A DNA stretch of 36,637 nt from an uncultured Muribaculaceae bacterium. GTDB taxonomy: Bacteria > Bacteroidota > Bacteroidia > Bacteroidales > UBA932. The stretch's first letter is position 1, and every line of letters begins with the position of its first letter. The notes under the pieces are model-generated. The model was given only the letters and a program-made list of their open reading frames with translations, did no database searches and was not told the origin of the DNA. Below, one piece after another: positions 27,749-36,637 of the stretch. The stretch lies in assembly GCA_964581375.1 (NCBI GenBank), contig CAZOOH010000002.1, forward strand, positions 1-36,637, written 5' to 3'. The position numbers and the translations under genes were made by a program.

Positions 27749-28470
27749 TATTAATTCCGGCAATAGATATTATCGGGGGAGAGTGTGTAAGACTCTCTCA
27801 GGGCGATTATGCTCAGAAAAAAGTATATTTCAAAAATCCGGCAGATGTTGCTAAAATGTATTCCGATAATGGATTTAAAAGACTGCATTTGGTCGATCTT
27901 GATGGGGCAAAGGAGTCGAGACCTGTAAATCTGCGAGTACTGGAAATGATTAAATCTAAGTGTGATATATTAGTTCAATTCGGTGGAGGAGTAAAACAGC
28001 AAGAACATCTTGAGAGCGTTTTCAACAGTGGTGCCGATATGGTAATTTGCGGAAGTGTGGCGGCGAAAGATTCCGAATCGTTCAAAAATTGGATTCAAAA
28101 TTATACCGGCGAAAGAATCATTTTGGGGGCAGATGTTAAAAACGAGAAAATTGCCGTTAGCGGATGGCTTGAAGAGACTAATGACAATGTTTTTGATTTC
28201 ATTTCTAAGTTTTTGGATTCCGGGCTTTCGAAAGTTATTTGTACCGATATTTCTAAAGATGGTATGTTACAAGGTCCAAATTTTGAGCTTTATAAAAAAC
28301 TGAAAAATGCGTTTCCTACTGTTAAAATTACTGTTAGCGGAGGAATCTCTTCACTATCGGATATTGAGACATCGGAAAATGAGGGTTTTGATTCTCTTAT
28401 TTTGGGAAAAGCTTTATACGAAAATAGAATTAAAATGGAGGAATTAAAGAGATGGTTGCAAAAAGGATAA
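27745..28470 (+). CDS. hisA: 1-(5-phosphoribosyl)-5-[(5-phosphoribosylamino)methylideneamino]imidazole-4-carboxamide isomerase
   Basis: Motifs LIPAIDIIGGECVRL, LVDLDGAK and SGGISS are present. The start overlaps hisH as ATGA. Confidence 0.93.
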   Translation: MILIPAIDIIGGECVRLSQGDYAQKKVYFKNPADVAKMYSDNGFKRLHLVDLDGAKESRPVNLRVLEMIKSKCDILVQFGGGVKQQEHLESVFNSGADMVICGSVAAKDSESFKNWIQNYTGERIILGADVKNEKIAVSGWLEETNDNVFDFISKFLDSGLSKVICTDISKDGMLQGPNFELYKKLKNAFPTVKITVSGGISSLSDIETSENEGFDSLILGKALYENRIKMEELKRWLQKG

Positions 28471-29207
28471 TCCCATGCCTTGATGTAAAGGAGGGAACAA
28501 CGGTAAAGGGTGTCAATTTCAACGATATAACGGTCGTAGGCAATCCTGTTGAGATGGGAATTAAATACTCTTTAGATGGTGCAGATGAGTTGGTTTATTT
28601 AGATATAAGCGCCACTCAGGAGGGACGATCTACTTTCCTGGAATTGGTGACTGAAATTGCTTCTAACATAAATATTCCGTTTACCGTAGGAGGAGGAATA
28701 TCTGAATTGGAACATGCAGCAAATCTTTTAAAAGCAGGAGCCGACAAAATAAGTGTAAACAGCGCTGCTGTTAAGAACCCTGCATTAATTAGCGATATTG
28801 CATCTAAATACGGTTCTCAATACATAGTTGCGGCTATTGATGCAAAATATTATGAAAACAAATGGGTGGTAATGACTCATGGAGGGACAAAATACAGCGG
28901 AAAAGAACTTTTTGAATGGGTAAAGGAGGTTCAGGAGAGAGGTGCCGGAGAAATTCTTCTTACTTCAATGGACCACGACGGTACAAAAAACGGCTATCCT
29001 GTTGATTTATTCCTTGAACTTTCACAAATACTGTCAATTCCGATTATTGCTTCCGGAGGTGCCGGTTCTTCGGCCCATATTGCGGAAGTTTTAACTAAAG
29101 GTAAGGCAGATGCTGCTCTTGCCGCATCAATATTCCATTATGGTACAATTAATATTAATAATTTAAAAAAGGAGCTTCTCCAAAAAAGTGTAGAGGTAAG
29201 AATATGA
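28452..29207 (+). CDS. hisF: imidazole glycerol phosphate synthase, cyclase subunit
   Basis: Motifs KRIIPCLDVKEG, DELVYLDISAT and GAGEILLTSMDHDGTKNGY are present. It overlaps hisA by 19 nt. Confidence 0.95.
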   Translation: MVAKRIIPCLDVKEGTTVKGVNFNDITVVGNPVEMGIKYSLDGADELVYLDISATQEGRSTFLELVTEIASNINIPFTVGGGISELEHAANLLKAGADKISVNSAAVKNPALISDIASKYGSQYIVAAIDAKYYENKWVVMTHGGTKYSGKELFEWVKEVQERGAGEILLTSMDHDGTKNGYPVDLFLELSQILSIPIIASGGAGSSAHIAEVLTKGKADAALAASIFHYGTININNLKKELLQKSVEVRI

Positions 29208-29818
29208 TAAAATTTGATGATTTAGATCCTAAACAAATCGAACAAGGATTAGTACCGGTAATTATTCAAGACTATGAATCTTTGAAAGTACTTATGCTTG
29301 GTTATATGAACTCCGAAGCTTATGAAAAAAGTATTTCTCAGGGAGTTGTTACATTTTTCAGTCGTTCAAAAAACAGATTGTGGACAAAAGGGGAAACAAG
29401 CGGAAACTATCTGTATATTAAAAATATAGAAAAAGACTGTGATAATGATACACTCTTAATTAGGGTAAAACCTTCCGGCCCTGTTTGCCACACTGGTAAT
29501 GTAAGTTGTTTTAAGGGCAGCGATAGTGAAGGGTTTACCGGAACTTTATCCGGAATTATTAAAGGACGTAAAGAGCAGATGCCGGAAGGTTCTTATACCA
29601 CCAAATTATTTGAGAAAGGTGTGAATAAAATTGCTCAAAAAGTTGGTGAAGAGGCTGTTGAAACCGTTATTGAAGCAATGGACGGAAACAGAGAGAGGCT
29701 TATTTACGAAGCCTCTGATCTTATTTTCCATCTTTTAGTTTTGCTGGAGAATCAAGGTGTATGCTATTCCGAAATTGAATCGGAGCTATATAACAGACAT
29801 TATCTGCCAAAACGATAA
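29204..29818 (+). CDS. hisIE: bifunctional phosphoribosyl-AMP cyclohydrolase / phosphoribosyl-ATP pyrophosphatase
   Basis: The HisI part has FSRSKNRLWTKGETSGN and PVCHTGNVSCF. The HisE part has YTTKLFEKGVNKIAQKVGEEAVE. The start overlaps hisF as ATGA. Confidence 0.93.
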   Translation: MIKFDDLDPKQIEQGLVPVIIQDYESLKVLMLGYMNSEAYEKSISQGVVTFFSRSKNRLWTKGETSGNYLYIKNIEKDCDNDTLLIRVKPSGPVCHTGNVSCFKGSDSEGFTGTLSGIIKGRKEQMPEGSYTTKLFEKGVNKIAQKVGEEAVETVIEAMDGNRERLIYEASDLIFHLLVLLENQGVCYSEIESELYNRHYLPKR

Positions 29819-32451
29819 GAGAACTTTACAAGGAAAATATTGTAAGCTTTTTTACCGAACAGCTGATTCATATTTTTGTTGAAATTGAAGTCACCCAAAG
29901 TATCTTCTCTGTTTCTTGATTGTGACCAAACAAGAAATAGGGTGGAACCAGGTTTGTATTCCCATCTGAATACCATATTCGATAAGAACTCCTTTATATT
30001 AAAGTCCGGGTTATCAAATGTATAAAGTGGGTTTGTTCCATTATGCATCACATTATATGTGTTATCGTCCTGATTATAATGTATTTCATTGCCATTAAAT
30101 ATATGGAAACGCTCATTGTATGTGTCTGCTTTTGACTCAGTGATTTTTTTAAATCTGGTGTATTTTCCGGCAGATAGAAACGGTTGTCCCCAATATTGTA
30201 TGCTGAGATCCGGTGTGATATTGTAGTTAATTCTAATTTGACCGTAGAATGTTTTTTGATCTATTTTTGCCATTAAATAGTCGGTATTATTTCCGTATTC
30301 GGGCGAATCAACATACTGTAATTCACTTTTGTTCGTAGAGTAACCTACTGATGTCCTTAATTGAAGAGATTTAATTGGTTTATAATCAAATCCTAATTCG
30401 AAGCCATTGTTTGAGTAATCTCCTTTCTGATTTGAAGATGAGTGATTATATGAGATATCTCCGACAAATTTTTTCTGCTCATTTGATTCAATAAATATCC
30501 AAAAATCCTTGTTACCGGGTTGTTTCAATGAGGGACCTCCTCTCAATTCGGTAGTCGAAAGACTTTTTGCGTTTATGTTCGCACCAAATCCTAAGAACCA
30601 AAAGTTTTTAAACTGAGTGTTAATATTGATGTTACCTCCGGTTCCCTTATACTCTCTGTTAAATGTCCATTCGCTGTACTGGTTGAAATTAACTCTGAAG
30701 GAACGGAAAATTGAAAATGGTTCATTGATTTGATAGCCGGCCCATGAGAGTTGAAAAATATTATCGGCAATTCTCATATAACCTGCATCATTTAATTCAA
30801 GTTGCGGAGATTTCCAGGTTGTGGCAAATAAAAATTTTAACTTTCCTCCCATTTTGCCTATTAGAAATTTACCGCCCGTTCCTGTCAGATTGGTTTTTGT
30901 GGAGTCTACCCCAAGATGAGTTGCGTCTGTTCTTTGAAAATTATGTGCAGATGATCGCTGAGTATTGATAATTGCCTCTGTACTTCCGTTTACATTGCTG
31001 AAATAGGCATTCAGATTTATTTCCCAATCTTTGTTGTGCCATTTATGGACGAAATCGATTCCTCCGGAATAAGCGGCTTTATTGAGAAAATTTAAATTAT
31101 TATCATTAATGTTTCTGTTAACTGAGGTAAACATTGCACCTATTATCGTATTCCCGCCGTTCATATCTTTTTGTGCTCTGCTTACGGTAAAATTGGTTAA
31201 CGGTTCTACAATCTCTTTGCGTTCGGATACACCCTTAATTACAGCAAATTCGTCTGAAGTCAATGATTCTAAAACGCCTATTGACCATCCGCTTTTTGTT
31301 TTGCCCGAAATTTTTGCCGCTCCCAAAATTCTTGTAAATTCCGGAACATTTTCATACTCATTATCATTTACATCGGGGTAGTAATGTGGCCTTCTCCCAA
31401 TTCTTCTTGAATAAAACAGATTCTCATTTCCCAAACTTCCGTCACCCAATGCCAATTGAAAACTGAATATGTTTTTTCCTTCAACAAAAAATGGACGTTT
31501 TTCCTGAAAAAATGATTCGAAAGATGATAAATTAACTTCTGAAGGGTCAGCTTCAACCTGCCCAAAATCTGGATTTAAAGTAAAGTCCATTGTCAGGTTA
31601 TTGGTTATCCCAATTTTCCCGTCAATACCAACGTTTAGAAATGATGATTTTCCTTTGCTTTTAAAAGGATTTTCCGGTTCCTTTTCGTATGAATCAAGTC
31701 TTGCAACCATATAAGGAAGAATTTCCAGAATCTTTCTTGACTTCAGGTTATCCATTCCTCTCAATTCGCCGTATTGAGACACCCATCCGTTTATCTTTTT
31801 ACTAGCCGGTTGCCAAATCGTAACTTCGTCATTTCTGAATATCTCTCTGCCTACCTGGATTCCCCATGTTTGATTTTTGCCCCCTTCAAAACGTAGTTGA
31901 GTGAGCGGAATTTTTATTTCGGCATACCAACCATTTTGATCAACTGAGGTTTTGGCAAACCACACGGCATCCCATGATTTATCTTCATTCCCGTCATTGC
32001 TGATAAAAAGATCCTCCTTTACGCCTGAGACACTTACTCCAAACGCAAATGCACTTCTTTTATCGAAATAGGAGTCGATTTGAACTACAAATGCATCGCC
32101 ATCCAGGTCGTCGCGCCTTGTAATTCTTTTGATTATGCTGTCCGGTTTTGTATCATAACATTTAGCCCCGATATAAATATTGTGTTCGTCAAAAAGTATT
32201 GCGAATTCGGTTTTTTGAGATGCAGGTTTACCTTCCGAAGGCTGATGCTGAACAAAATCATTTTGCCAATTTGCTTTTTGCCAAATTGGTTCATCTAATT
32301 TGCCGTCAATTACCGGGCATTCTTCGTTTGGTCTAAATACTTCATAGACCTTTTTTTTACTTGATTGAGCAAAGGCAGATGAACTATAAACCAAAGAAAA
32401 TAAAAGAATTAAAATTGAAGAGTTTTTAATAAAGGTGGATTTACGCCTCAT
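29800..32451 (-). CDS. DUF5916 / CBM9-like domain outer-membrane protein
   Basis: Has a signal peptide and an N-terminal CBM9-like motif (IDGKLDEPIWQKANWQNDFVQHQPSEG). A long beta-strand-rich C-terminal part with alternating aromatic pattern ends in FSYRFGR. The protein is 883 aa. Confidence 0.75.
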   Translation of the reverse strand: MRRKSTFIKNSSILILLFSLVYSSSAFAQSSKKKVYEVFRPNEECPVIDGKLDEPIWQKANWQNDFVQHQPSEGKPASQKTEFAILFDEHNIYIGAKCYDTKPDSIIKRITRRDDLDGDAFVVQIDSYFDKRSAFAFGVSVSGVKEDLFISNDGNEDKSWDAVWFAKTSVDQNGWYAEIKIPLTQLRFEGGKNQTWGIQVGREIFRNDEVTIWQPASKKINGWVSQYGELRGMDNLKSRKILEILPYMVARLDSYEKEPENPFKSKGKSSFLNVGIDGKIGITNNLTMDFTLNPDFGQVEADPSEVNLSSFESFFQEKRPFFVEGKNIFSFQLALGDGSLGNENLFYSRRIGRRPHYYPDVNDNEYENVPEFTRILGAAKISGKTKSGWSIGVLESLTSDEFAVIKGVSERKEIVEPLTNFTVSRAQKDMNGGNTIIGAMFTSVNRNINDNNLNFLNKAAYSGGIDFVHKWHNKDWEINLNAYFSNVNGSTEAIINTQRSSAHNFQRTDATHLGVDSTKTNLTGTGGKFLIGKMGGKLKFLFATTWKSPQLELNDAGYMRIADNIFQLSWAGYQINEPFSIFRSFRVNFNQYSEWTFNREYKGTGGNININTQFKNFWFLGFGANINAKSLSTTELRGGPSLKQPGNKDFWIFIESNEQKKFVGDISYNHSSSNQKGDYSNNGFELGFDYKPIKSLQLRTSVGYSTNKSELQYVDSPEYGNNTDYLMAKIDQKTFYGQIRINYNITPDLSIQYWGQPFLSAGKYTRFKKITESKADTYNERFHIFNGNEIHYNQDDNTYNVMHNGTNPLYTFDNPDFNIKEFLSNMVFRWEYKPGSTLFLVWSQSRNREDTLGDFNFNKNMNQLFGKKAYNIFLVKFSYRFGR
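29825..29853 (+). terminator. weak candidate terminator of the his operon
   Basis: TTTACAA (29825-29831) pairs with TTGTAAG (29840-29846), a 7-bp AT-rich stem with one G-U, and is followed by C then T6. It lies inside the 3' coding end of the convergent DUF5916 gene. Confidence 0.3.
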
Positions 32452-32509
32452 AAATAAATTTAATTTAGTTTATATTAGACGAAAATCGCGAAAAAATGTT
32501 TCAACTGAC

Positions 32510-32535
32510 AAAAAAAGGGCTGTTTAAAACAGCCC
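32510..32535 (-). terminator. rho-independent terminator of fhs
   Basis: On the minus strand the sequence reads GGGCTGttttaaaCAGCCC followed by T7. The fhs TAA stop codon sits in the hairpin loop. Confidence 0.7.
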
Positions 32536-34188
32536 CGAAATATTACCTTCGTCGTCAATATCAATCTTTTCCGATGACGGTTCTTCCGGCAATCCCGGCA
32601 TTCTCATTATATCTCCTGTTATTGGAACTAAAAACCCGGCTCCGGATGCAATTTCAATTTCTCGTACTGTTATGACGAAATCTTTAGGTCTGCCAAGTAA
32701 ATCAGGGTTATCTGAAAGTGATTTTTGAGTTTTTGCCATACAAATAGCAAGACTCTCTAATCCTAAATTCTCAATTTTCTTGAGATTAGCCTTCGCTTTT
32801 GAGGTATAATCGACCGCTTCGGCCCCATATATTCTCTTTGCAATAGTTTCAATTTTTTCCTGAACGGTTTGTTCCAATTTATATAGAGGTTTGAACAGTG
32901 GGCAGCATTCTGCGGCAGCATCAACAACCATCTGCGCTAACTCTTCTGCGCCGGCTCCTCCGGACCCCCACACATCCACTATTGAAACCGGCACACCCAT
33001 ATTTGTGCAGTATTCCTTTATGAATTGTAATTCTTCGTCAGAGTCCGAAACGAACTTATTTATCGCTACTATAGGTGCTAGGTTGAAGAGTTTAATGTTT
33101 TCCACATGTTTTTGAAGATTTTCTATTCCTCTTGCAAGTGCTTCTACATTAGGAGTTTTAATCTCTTTAAGGGATTGGCCTCCATGGTATTTCAACGCTC
33201 TTACTGTTGCTACCAAAACGGCGGCATTTGGAGAAAGTCCGGCGTAACGACACTTTATGTCCAAAAATTTTTCTGCTCCCAGATCGAATCCAAAACCAGC
33301 TTCAGTTACAGTATAATCGGATAATGACATTGCTGTTTGAGTAGCTATAATAGTATTTGTTCCTTGTGCAATATTTGCAAATGGTCCACCATGTATTATT
33401 GCAGGAGTACCTTCTATTGTTTGAACTAAATTAGGTTTAATTGCATCTTTTAACAGGGCCGCCATTGCTCCATTTACTTTAAGATCTCTGGCATATATCG
33501 GTTTTTTATCAAAAGTATACCCAACAAAGATATTACCCAACCTCTTTTTCAGATCCGTAATATCCTTAGACAGACACAGAATTGCCATTACTTCGGATGC
33601 AGCCGTAATATCGAAACCTGTTTCTCTGGGAATACCATCTGCAGTTCCTCCTAACCCGGCAACTATATGTCTTAAGGAGCGATCATTCATATCCATGACT
33701 CTTTTCCATGTGATTGTCCGAGGGTCCAATCCAAGTGAACGGGTTTTACTTTGAATATTATTGTCGATTACAGCCGAGAGCAGATTGTGTGCTTTCTCTA
33801 CTGCGGCAAAATCGCCGGTAAAGTGCAGATTGATCTCCTCCATAGGTAATACCTGAGAGTATCCCCCACCTGTTGCTCCACCTTTTATCCCGAAAACCGG
33901 GCCTAGAGATGGTTCTCTTAACGCAACAATGGACTTCTTCCCAATTCTGTTTAATCCTTGCGAAAGCCCGATTGAAACTGTTGTCTTACCTTCTCCGGCA
34001 GGTGTTGGTGAGATGGCAGATACCAGTATAAGTTTGCCAAATTTTTCTCTGTCGATAAATTTAAGTGGTAATTTTGCCTTGTATTTACCGTACATTTCAA
34101 GATCTTCCTCACCAATTCCAATTTTGGCAGCGATCTCCTTTATATGGGTCATTTTTATTGATCTTGCTATTTCAATGTCTGTTTTCAT
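32524..34188 (-). CDS. fhs: formate--tetrahydrofolate ligase
   Basis: Motif SPTPAGEGKTTVSIGL is present and the ~554 aa length is full for this family. I chose the ATG at 34188, since the track start at 34194 is TTG. Confidence 0.95.
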   Translation of the reverse strand: MKTDIEIARSIKMTHIKEIAAKIGIGEEDLEMYGKYKAKLPLKFIDREKFGKLILVSAISPTPAGEGKTTVSIGLSQGLNRIGKKSIVALREPSLGPVFGIKGGATGGGYSQVLPMEEINLHFTGDFAAVEKAHNLLSAVIDNNIQSKTRSLGLDPRTITWKRVMDMNDRSLRHIVAGLGGTADGIPRETGFDITAASEVMAILCLSKDITDLKKRLGNIFVGYTFDKKPIYARDLKVNGAMAALLKDAIKPNLVQTIEGTPAIIHGGPFANIAQGTNTIIATQTAMSLSDYTVTEAGFGFDLGAEKFLDIKCRYAGLSPNAAVLVATVRALKYHGGQSLKEIKTPNVEALARGIENLQKHVENIKLFNLAPIVAINKFVSDSDEELQFIKEYCTNMGVPVSIVDVWGSGGAGAEELAQMVVDAAAECCPLFKPLYKLEQTVQEKIETIAKRIYGAEAVDYTSKAKANLKKIENLGLESLAICMAKTQKSLSDNPDLLGRPKDFVITVREIEIASGAGFLVPITGDIMRMPGLPEEPSSEKIDIDDEGNISGLF

Positions 34189-34233
34189 ATTCAATTTATT
34201 TTTATGTAAAGCAAATATGGTAAAAAATTGTGA

Positions 34234-34241
34234 TAATTTTG
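34234..34241 (+). promoter_or_regulatory. candidate -7 promoter box (TAATTTTG)
   Basis: Exact TAnnTTTG match, 22 nt upstream of the ATG at 34263. Confidence 0.4.
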
Positions 34242-34262
34242 TATTACTAAAAATTCTTAAAA

Positions 34263-35576
34263 ATGAATATTGCTATTGTAGGAACCGGGTATGTAGGACT
34301 TGTAACAGGTGCTTGTTTTGCAGAAATGGGAATTAATGTGGTTTGTGTTGATATTGACGAAGTTAAAATAGGAAAATTACTCCACGGGATTATGCCGATT
34401 TATGAGCCGAGGTTAAAAGAGATGGTTCTTAAAAATAATTCCGAAGGGCGATTGAAGTTTTCTACATCTTTGAAAGATAGTATTGATGATGCCGAAGTTA
34501 TTTTTAGTGCAGTAGGTACTCCTCCCGATGAAGATGGTTCTGCCGATCTGAAATATGTTTTGGAGGTTGCGCGAACAATTGGAGAGAATATCAAATCGTA
34601 TAAACTTGTTGTAACTAAAAGTACTGTTCCTGTAGGTACTGCTCATAAAGTAAAGGCTGTTATTGATGAAGAATTAAAAAAGCGTGGAGTAGATATTGAA
34701 TATGATATTGCATCAAATCCTGAATTTCTTAAAGAGGGAGCTGCAATTAAAGACTTTTTAAATCCTGACAGAGTTGTTATAGGGGTGGAAAGTGAAAGAG
34801 CAAAACATTTGATGGAAAGGCTCTACAGACCATTCTTGCTTAACGGATATCCTTTGATGTTTATGGATATACCATCTGCCGAAATGACTAAATATGCGGC
34901 TAATGCAATGCTTGCGACCAGGATTAGTTTTATGAATGAGATTGCTGCATTATGCGAAACGACTGGGGCAAACGTAGAATCCGTAAGAAAAGGCGTTGGA
35001 AGCGATAAAAGAATTGGTGACAGATTTTTGTATCCGGGTGCCGGTTATGGCGGATCGTGTTTTCCCAAAGATGTCAAGGCTTTAATTAAAACCGGCTCAC
35101 AACATGGTGTCAACATGAGTGTTATCAAAGCTGTAGATGAGGCAAATAACTTTCAAAAAAGTGTGGTTTTTCATAAAATTAATAATGCGCTGGGAAATAA
35201 CCTAAAAGGGAAGGTTGTAGCATTATGGGGGCTCTCATACAAGCCGGATACCGATGATATGCGAGAGGCTCCTGCGCTGGTTATAATAAACAAATTGCTT
35301 GAAGCCGGAGCTGTTGTGAGAGTTTTTGATCCTGTTGCTATGGATGAGACTCGTCATAAAATAGGAGATTCTGTAATTTATTGTGCAGATATGTATGATG
35401 CTTGTACAGGAGCTGATGCATCTGCTTTGGTTACCGAATGGAAACAGTTTAGGATGCCTGAATGGAAAAGGGTAAAGGAGCTTATGAAGGGAAATTCAAT
35501 AATTGACGGAAGAAATATATACATTAAAGAAGAGGTTGTAACAGAGGGCTTTACATATTCCGGCATAGGAAAATAA
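34263..35576 (+). CDS. ugd: UDP-glucose 6-dehydrogenase
   Basis: N-terminal Rossmann motif IAIVGTGYVGLVTGACFAEMG and catalytic-Cys context GYGGSCFPKDVKAL. The protein is 437 aa. Confidence 0.92.
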   Translation: MNIAIVGTGYVGLVTGACFAEMGINVVCVDIDEVKIGKLLHGIMPIYEPRLKEMVLKNNSEGRLKFSTSLKDSIDDAEVIFSAVGTPPDEDGSADLKYVLEVARTIGENIKSYKLVVTKSTVPVGTAHKVKAVIDEELKKRGVDIEYDIASNPEFLKEGAAIKDFLNPDRVVIGVESERAKHLMERLYRPFLLNGYPLMFMDIPSAEMTKYAANAMLATRISFMNEIAALCETTGANVESVRKGVGSDKRIGDRFLYPGAGYGGSCFPKDVKALIKTGSQHGVNMSVIKAVDEANNFQKSVVFHKINNALGNNLKGKVVALWGLSYKPDTDDMREAPALVIINKLLEAGAVVRVFDPVAMDETRHKIGDSVIYCADMYDACTGADASALVTEWKQFRMPEWKRVKELMKGNSIIDGRNIYIKEEVVTEGFTYSGIGK

Positions 35577-35628
35577 TCACATCATAAAATTTTTTTTTGG
35601 TATTTACAGTGTAATCTATACCCTTGTG

Positions 35629-35670
35629 TTAATAGGGCTATTAAATAAAATTATTAAACCAATCTATTAA
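35629..35670. promoter_or_regulatory. candidate TetR operator array
   Basis: A palindrome TTAATAG-gg-CTATTAA lies at 35629-35644. Direct copies of (C/T)TATTAA start at 35638, 35651 and 35664, exactly 13 bp apart. The array ends 5 nt before the TetR ATG. Confidence 0.4.
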
Positions 35671-35675
35671 CATAA

Positions 35676-36293
35676 ATGGATAACAATATTTCTCTTGAAC
35701 AACAAATTTTGGAAGCTGCCGAAGAGCTATTTCTGGATAAGGGTTTTTCGATGACCTCTACAACCGAAATTGCTAAAAAAGCCGGATGTAACCAAGCTCT
35801 TATTCATTATTATTTTAGGACAAAAGAGAATCTCTTTTTGAAATTATTTGAATCAAAGTTTATTCAATTTATTGCTTCAATAAATCCGGTTCTGTTTGAA
35901 GGGCTCAGGTTTGAAGATAAGCTTAAAGCGATAATAGATTCTCATATTACTATGATTGCCCGTAATCCAAAGATTCCGTTTTTGTTGCTAAATGAGGTGA
36001 CTATTAATCCGGAACGGTTTAAAAAAATTATTGAAGACATTAAGGCAATGGTTATTCCGGTAATTATGACTTTATCTGCCGATTTATTATCGGAAGAGAG
36101 GGTAGGAAATATAAGAAAGGTCGATCCTTTTCATTTGCTTTTCAGTATTATATCTATGGACGTTTTTATGTTTGTTGCCAGACCTCTCCTTGAACAAATA
36201 AGAGAGTTTGAAGACAATGAGTTTAAAGAATTTATCGAAGAAAGAAAAGCCCAAATATTCGATTTAGTTTGGAATAGTATAAAAGCCAAATAA
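35676..36293 (+). CDS. TetR/AcrR family transcriptional regulator
   Basis: N-terminal HTH TSTTEIAKKAGCNQALIHYYFRTKENLF. The protein is 205 aa. Confidence 0.9.
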   Translation: MDNNISLEQQILEAAEELFLDKGFSMTSTTEIAKKAGCNQALIHYYFRTKENLFLKLFESKFIQFIASINPVLFEGLRFEDKLKAIIDSHITMIARNPKIPFLLLNEVTINPERFKKIIEDIKAMVIPVIMTLSADLLSEERVGNIRKVDPFHLLFSIISMDVFMFVARPLLEQIREFEDNEFKEFIEERKAQIFDLVWNSIKAK

Positions 36294-36306
36294 TCCCATT
36301 ATAGTC

Positions 36307-36637
36307 ATGAAAAAAGTTTTAATAACAGTTTTGTTTTTTTCGGGTGTGGTTTTAAATAGTCTACACGCACAAGTAACTCTTGAAGGTTGCAGAGAAGCTG
36401 CCAGATTAAATTTTCCGCTTATCGACCAATATAAACTACTCGATTTGACGGCAGAATATAAAATTGAAAACATCAATAAATCTTATCTGCCACAATTATC
36501 TATTAGTGCAAAAGCCTCTTTTCAATCAGAAGTAACTAAAGTTCCAATAAATATTCCGGGAATGGTTATTTCTCCTTTAGATAAAGATCAATATGGAGCG
36601 GTTATTCAAGCCGATCAAGTAATTTGGGACGGAGGAG
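36307..36637 (+). CDS. TolC family outer-membrane efflux protein (5' partial, runs off window)
   Basis: My own translation gives MKKVLITVLFFSGVVLNSLHAQVTLEGCREAARLNFPLIDQYKLLDLTAEYKIENINKSYLPQLSISAKASFQSEV... This is a signal peptide followed by the typical N-terminus of Bacteroidota TolC-like efflux components. It lies 13 nt after the TetR gene. Confidence 0.75.
   Translation, partial: MKKVLITVLFFSGVVLNSLHAQVTLEGCREAARLNFPLIDQYKLLDLTAEYKIENINKSYLPQLSISAKASFQSEVTKVPINIPGMVISPLDKDQYGAVIQADQVIWDGG

Noticed and set aside
34189-34262. A possible ZTP/THF-type riboswitch in the fhs 5' region, since fhs is a frequent riboswitch target in other phyla.
   Set aside because: Only about 74 nt separate fhs from the divergent ugd gene. 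The sequence is almost pure A/T with no conserved GC helices, and part of it is needed for the ugd promoter box.
1-36637. Searched for mobile elements, CRISPR repeats, integrase or transposase genes, toxin-antitoxin pairs and defence-island hallmarks.
   Set aside because: Nothing was found. Every ORF over 100 aa not opposite a better gene has a housekeeping or envelope-type assignment, and no direct repeat array or terminal inverted repeat pair with target-site duplication was seen.

Overview
AT-rich chromosomal window that looks like core genome of a Bacteroidota (Bacteroidales-like) organism. The taxon call rests on recurring TAnnTTTG -7 promoter boxes and on typical gene content: DUF4271-hemD-rnpA-yidD, GH3 plus LuxE-like, DUF2723, DUF5916, a DsbD-like reductase and TetR-TolC. 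I support about 35 protein genes, densely packed and often overlapping by 1-19 nt.

Gene content from left to right:
- yidD/rnpA/hemD-like/DUF4271/SUI1 operon (-)
- DUF2723 (TMEM260-like) membrane protein (+)
- rdgB-recO-GH3-LuxE-like operon (-)
- S41 protease, comF, cdaA, mutS2, a lipoprotein, gtrA-like and a PHP-family histidinol-phosphatase-like gene (+)
- TPR protein and a small LTXXQ periplasmic protein (-)
- C69 dipeptidase and a DsbD-like reductase (+)
- complete hisG-D-C-B-H-A-F-IE operon (+)
- DUF5916 outer-membrane protein and fhs (-)
- ugd, a TetR regulator and the 5' end of a TolC-family gene (+)

I see no rRNA, tRNA, CRISPR array, transposase, integrase, phage gene or recognisable defence or toxin system. 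This is mostly ordinary housekeeping DNA, and I do not claim a new multi-gene system.

Observations most worth a second look:
1. A 26-codon leader ORF with four consecutive His codons, followed by mutually exclusive antiterminator and terminator helices upstream of hisG. This is classical ribosome-mediated attenuation in a Bacteroidota context.
2. A truncated, motif-less relic of the HAD histidinol-phosphatase domain fused to HisB, with a PHP-family phosphatase encoded 10 kb away that could replace it.
3. An overlapping pair of uncharacterised adenylate-forming enzymes (GH3 plus LuxE-like).
4. A phased array of CTATTAA half-sites in front of the TetR/TolC locus.
5. A structured inverted repeat in an unusually long (332 bp) intergenic region.

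All family assignments come from motif recognition by eye. No searches were run.
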